Positions 62,945 through 64,000 of a stretch of DNA of 64,000 nucleotides are shown here, piece by piece. The DNA is taken from positions 12,177 to 76,176 of the forward strand of contig CAZODI010000002.1 of the NCBI GenBank assembly GCA_964578535.1, given 5' to 3'. A model generated the notes under the pieces. The model had not been told where the DNA came from, did not search any database, and saw nothing but the letters and a program-made list of their open reading frames with translations. This DNA comes from an uncultured Syntrophaceae bacterium. Lineage in GTDB: Bacteria; Desulfobacterota; Syntrophia; Syntrophales; PHBD01. Every line of letters starts with the position of its first letter. The first letter of the stretch is position 1. The position numbers and the translations under genes were made by a program.

Positions 62945-64000
62945 ATGGCCAAGGCTGGAAAAATTGTCGTCAAGACGCCCCTTGTCGAGATGGACGGGGA
63001 CGAGATGACCCGCGTCATGTGGGCGATGGTGAAGGAGAAACTGCTGTTTCCCTTCCTGGAGATGCCCCTGGAGTACTACGATCTGTACCTGAAACACAGG
63101 GACGAGACGGACGACCGGGTCACGGTCGATGCCGCCCGGGCCGTGGCGAGGCTGGGCGTGGGCGTCAAGTGCGCCACCATCACCGCCAACGAGGACCGTG
63201 TCCGGGAGTATTCGCTGAAGAAGGCCTGGAAGAGCCCCAACGCCACCATCCGGGCCTTCCTGGACGGGACGGTGTTCCGGACGCCGATCCTCGTGAAGAA
63301 CATCCGGCCTTCCGTGAGCTCCTGGAAGCGTCCCATCATCATCGGCCGTCACGCCTACGGCGACGTCTACAGCGGTGTCGAGATCCGCGTGCCCGGAGAG
63401 GGGACGGCGGAGATCGTGTTCCGGCCCTCCGACGGCGGAGAGCCTCTCCAGAAGACCATCCACGCCTTCACGGGGCCCGGCATCATCCAGGGAATCCACA
63501 ACACCGACGCCTCCATCGAGAGCTTCGCCCGGGCCTGTTTCACCTACGCCCTGGATCGCAAAGTGGACGTCTGGTTCAGCACGAAGGACACCATCTCCCA
63601 GACCTACGATGCCCGGTTCCGGGAGGTCTTCCAGCGGGAGTACGATCAGAACTGGAAACAGGCCTTCGAGAAGGAGGGGCGGGAGTACTTCTTCACCCTC
63701 ATCGACGATGCGGTGGCCCGGGTCATGAAGTCCGAGGGGGGGATGCTCTGGGCCTTGAAAAATTACGACGGCGACGTCCTGTCCGACATGGTCGCCTCCG
63801 CCTGCGGCAGCCTGGCCATGATGACCTCCGTCCTCGTGTCGCCCCGCGGGTGGTACGAATTCGAAGCGGCCCACGGGACGGTGCAGAAGCACTACTACAA
63901 GCACCTCAAGGGGGAGGTCACGTCCACCAACTCGATGGCCCTCATCTTCGCCTGGACGGGCGCTCTCCGGAAGCGGGGCGAGATGGACGGGACGCCGGAG
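62945..64000 (+). CDS. icd: NADP-dependent isocitrate dehydrogenase, eukaryotic-like (IDH1/2) type; 3' end truncated by the window edge
   Basis: Not in the ORF track because it runs off the window; I translated it by hand. [26 protein letters not shown]...[11 protein letters not shown]...[12 protein letters not shown]...NYDGDVLSD is present, and the frame stays open to position 64000. Confidence 0.9.
   Translation, partial: MAKAGKIVVKTPLVEMDGDEMTRVMWAMVKEKLLFPFLEMPLEYYDLYLKHRDETDDRVTVDAARAVARLGVGVKCATITANEDRVREYSLKKAWKSPNATIRAFLDGTVFRTPILVKNIRPSVSSWKRPIIIGRHAYGDVYSGVEIRVPGEGTAEIVFRPSDGGEPLQKTIHAFTGPGIIQGIHNTDASIESFARACFTYALDRKVDVWFSTKDTISQTYDARFREVFQREYDQNWKQAFEKEGREYFFTLIDDAVARVMKSEGGMLWALKNYDGDVLSDMVASACGSLAMMTSVLVSPRGWYEFEAAHGTVQKHYYKHLKGEVTSTNSMALIFAWTGALRKRGEMDGTPE

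Noticed and set aside
1-64000. Search for CRISPR arrays, tRNA/rRNA genes, transposases, integrases and prophage or defence-system genes
   Set aside because: I found no repeat-spacer periodicity, no cloverleaf-like sequences in the intergenic gaps, and no ORF with transposase, integrase or nuclease-defence hallmarks. The absence was judged by eye only.

Overview
High-GC bacterial chromosomal window. Its gene content (B12-radical SAM enzymes, arsM, a likely selenoprotein, glyQ/glyS) suggests an anaerobic Desulfobacterota/deltaproteobacterium-like organism, but that is inference only. I could support no rRNA, tRNA, CRISPR array, transposase or integrase. All calls come from reading the ORF translations and the DNA; no searches were run, and many start codons are inferred because the ORF track gives longest ORFs, including TTG/GTG starts.

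Layout:
- 1-5.1 kb: small metabolism and transport genes (flavin reductase-like, cupin, Asp/Glu racemase, NCS2 purine permease, orphan family-5 ABC binding protein).
- 5.4-6.7 kb: a merR-family regulator followed by a MerB-like (alkylmercury lyase-like) gene. The MerB-like gene is interrupted by an in-frame TGA exactly where MerB has its catalytic Cys, with a hairpin downstream. This is a probable selenocysteine protein.
- 6.8-29.7 kb: an aryl-polyene (APE)-like lipid/polyketide cluster. It holds an aromatic ammonia-lyase, AMP-ligase, ACP, KS/CLF, FabG, hotdog dehydratase, thioesterase, GT2, LolA-like protein, lipoprotein, MMPL exporter and LpxL-like acyltransferase. Non-canonical extras are a B12-radical SAM, a Dak2-DegV (fatty-acid-kinase-like) fusion, an ABC exporter, an AMIN protein and an exporter-methyltransferase fusion with an apparent 1-nt frameshift. 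A clpS-clpA-aat N-degron unit sits inside it.
- 29.7-31.0 kb: an inverted arsM plus an AbrB/SpoVT-type regulator with three vicinal Cys pairs, preceded by a perfect 11-bp inverted repeat.
- 31.1-47.3 kb: the most unusual part, and my best candidate for an undescribed lipid-tail-modifying pathway. It is a tightly coupled block with four radical SAM enzymes (two B12-type, two paralogous non-B12), three Cys-His-His ketosynthases, three ACPs, three hotdog proteins, a polysaccharide deacetylase, a BtrH-like acyltransferase and its own PlsC-like and PlsY-like glycerolipid acyltransferases.
- 47.4-50.0 kb: a secreted coiled-coil protein with a 15-nt tandem repeat.
- 50.3-64.0 kb: glyQ, glyS, a signalling island (GAF-GspE-type ATPase, CHASE2 Ser/Thr kinase, PP2C, double-FHA, OmpA-like lipoprotein), aconitase and a 3'-truncated NADP-isocitrate dehydrogenase.
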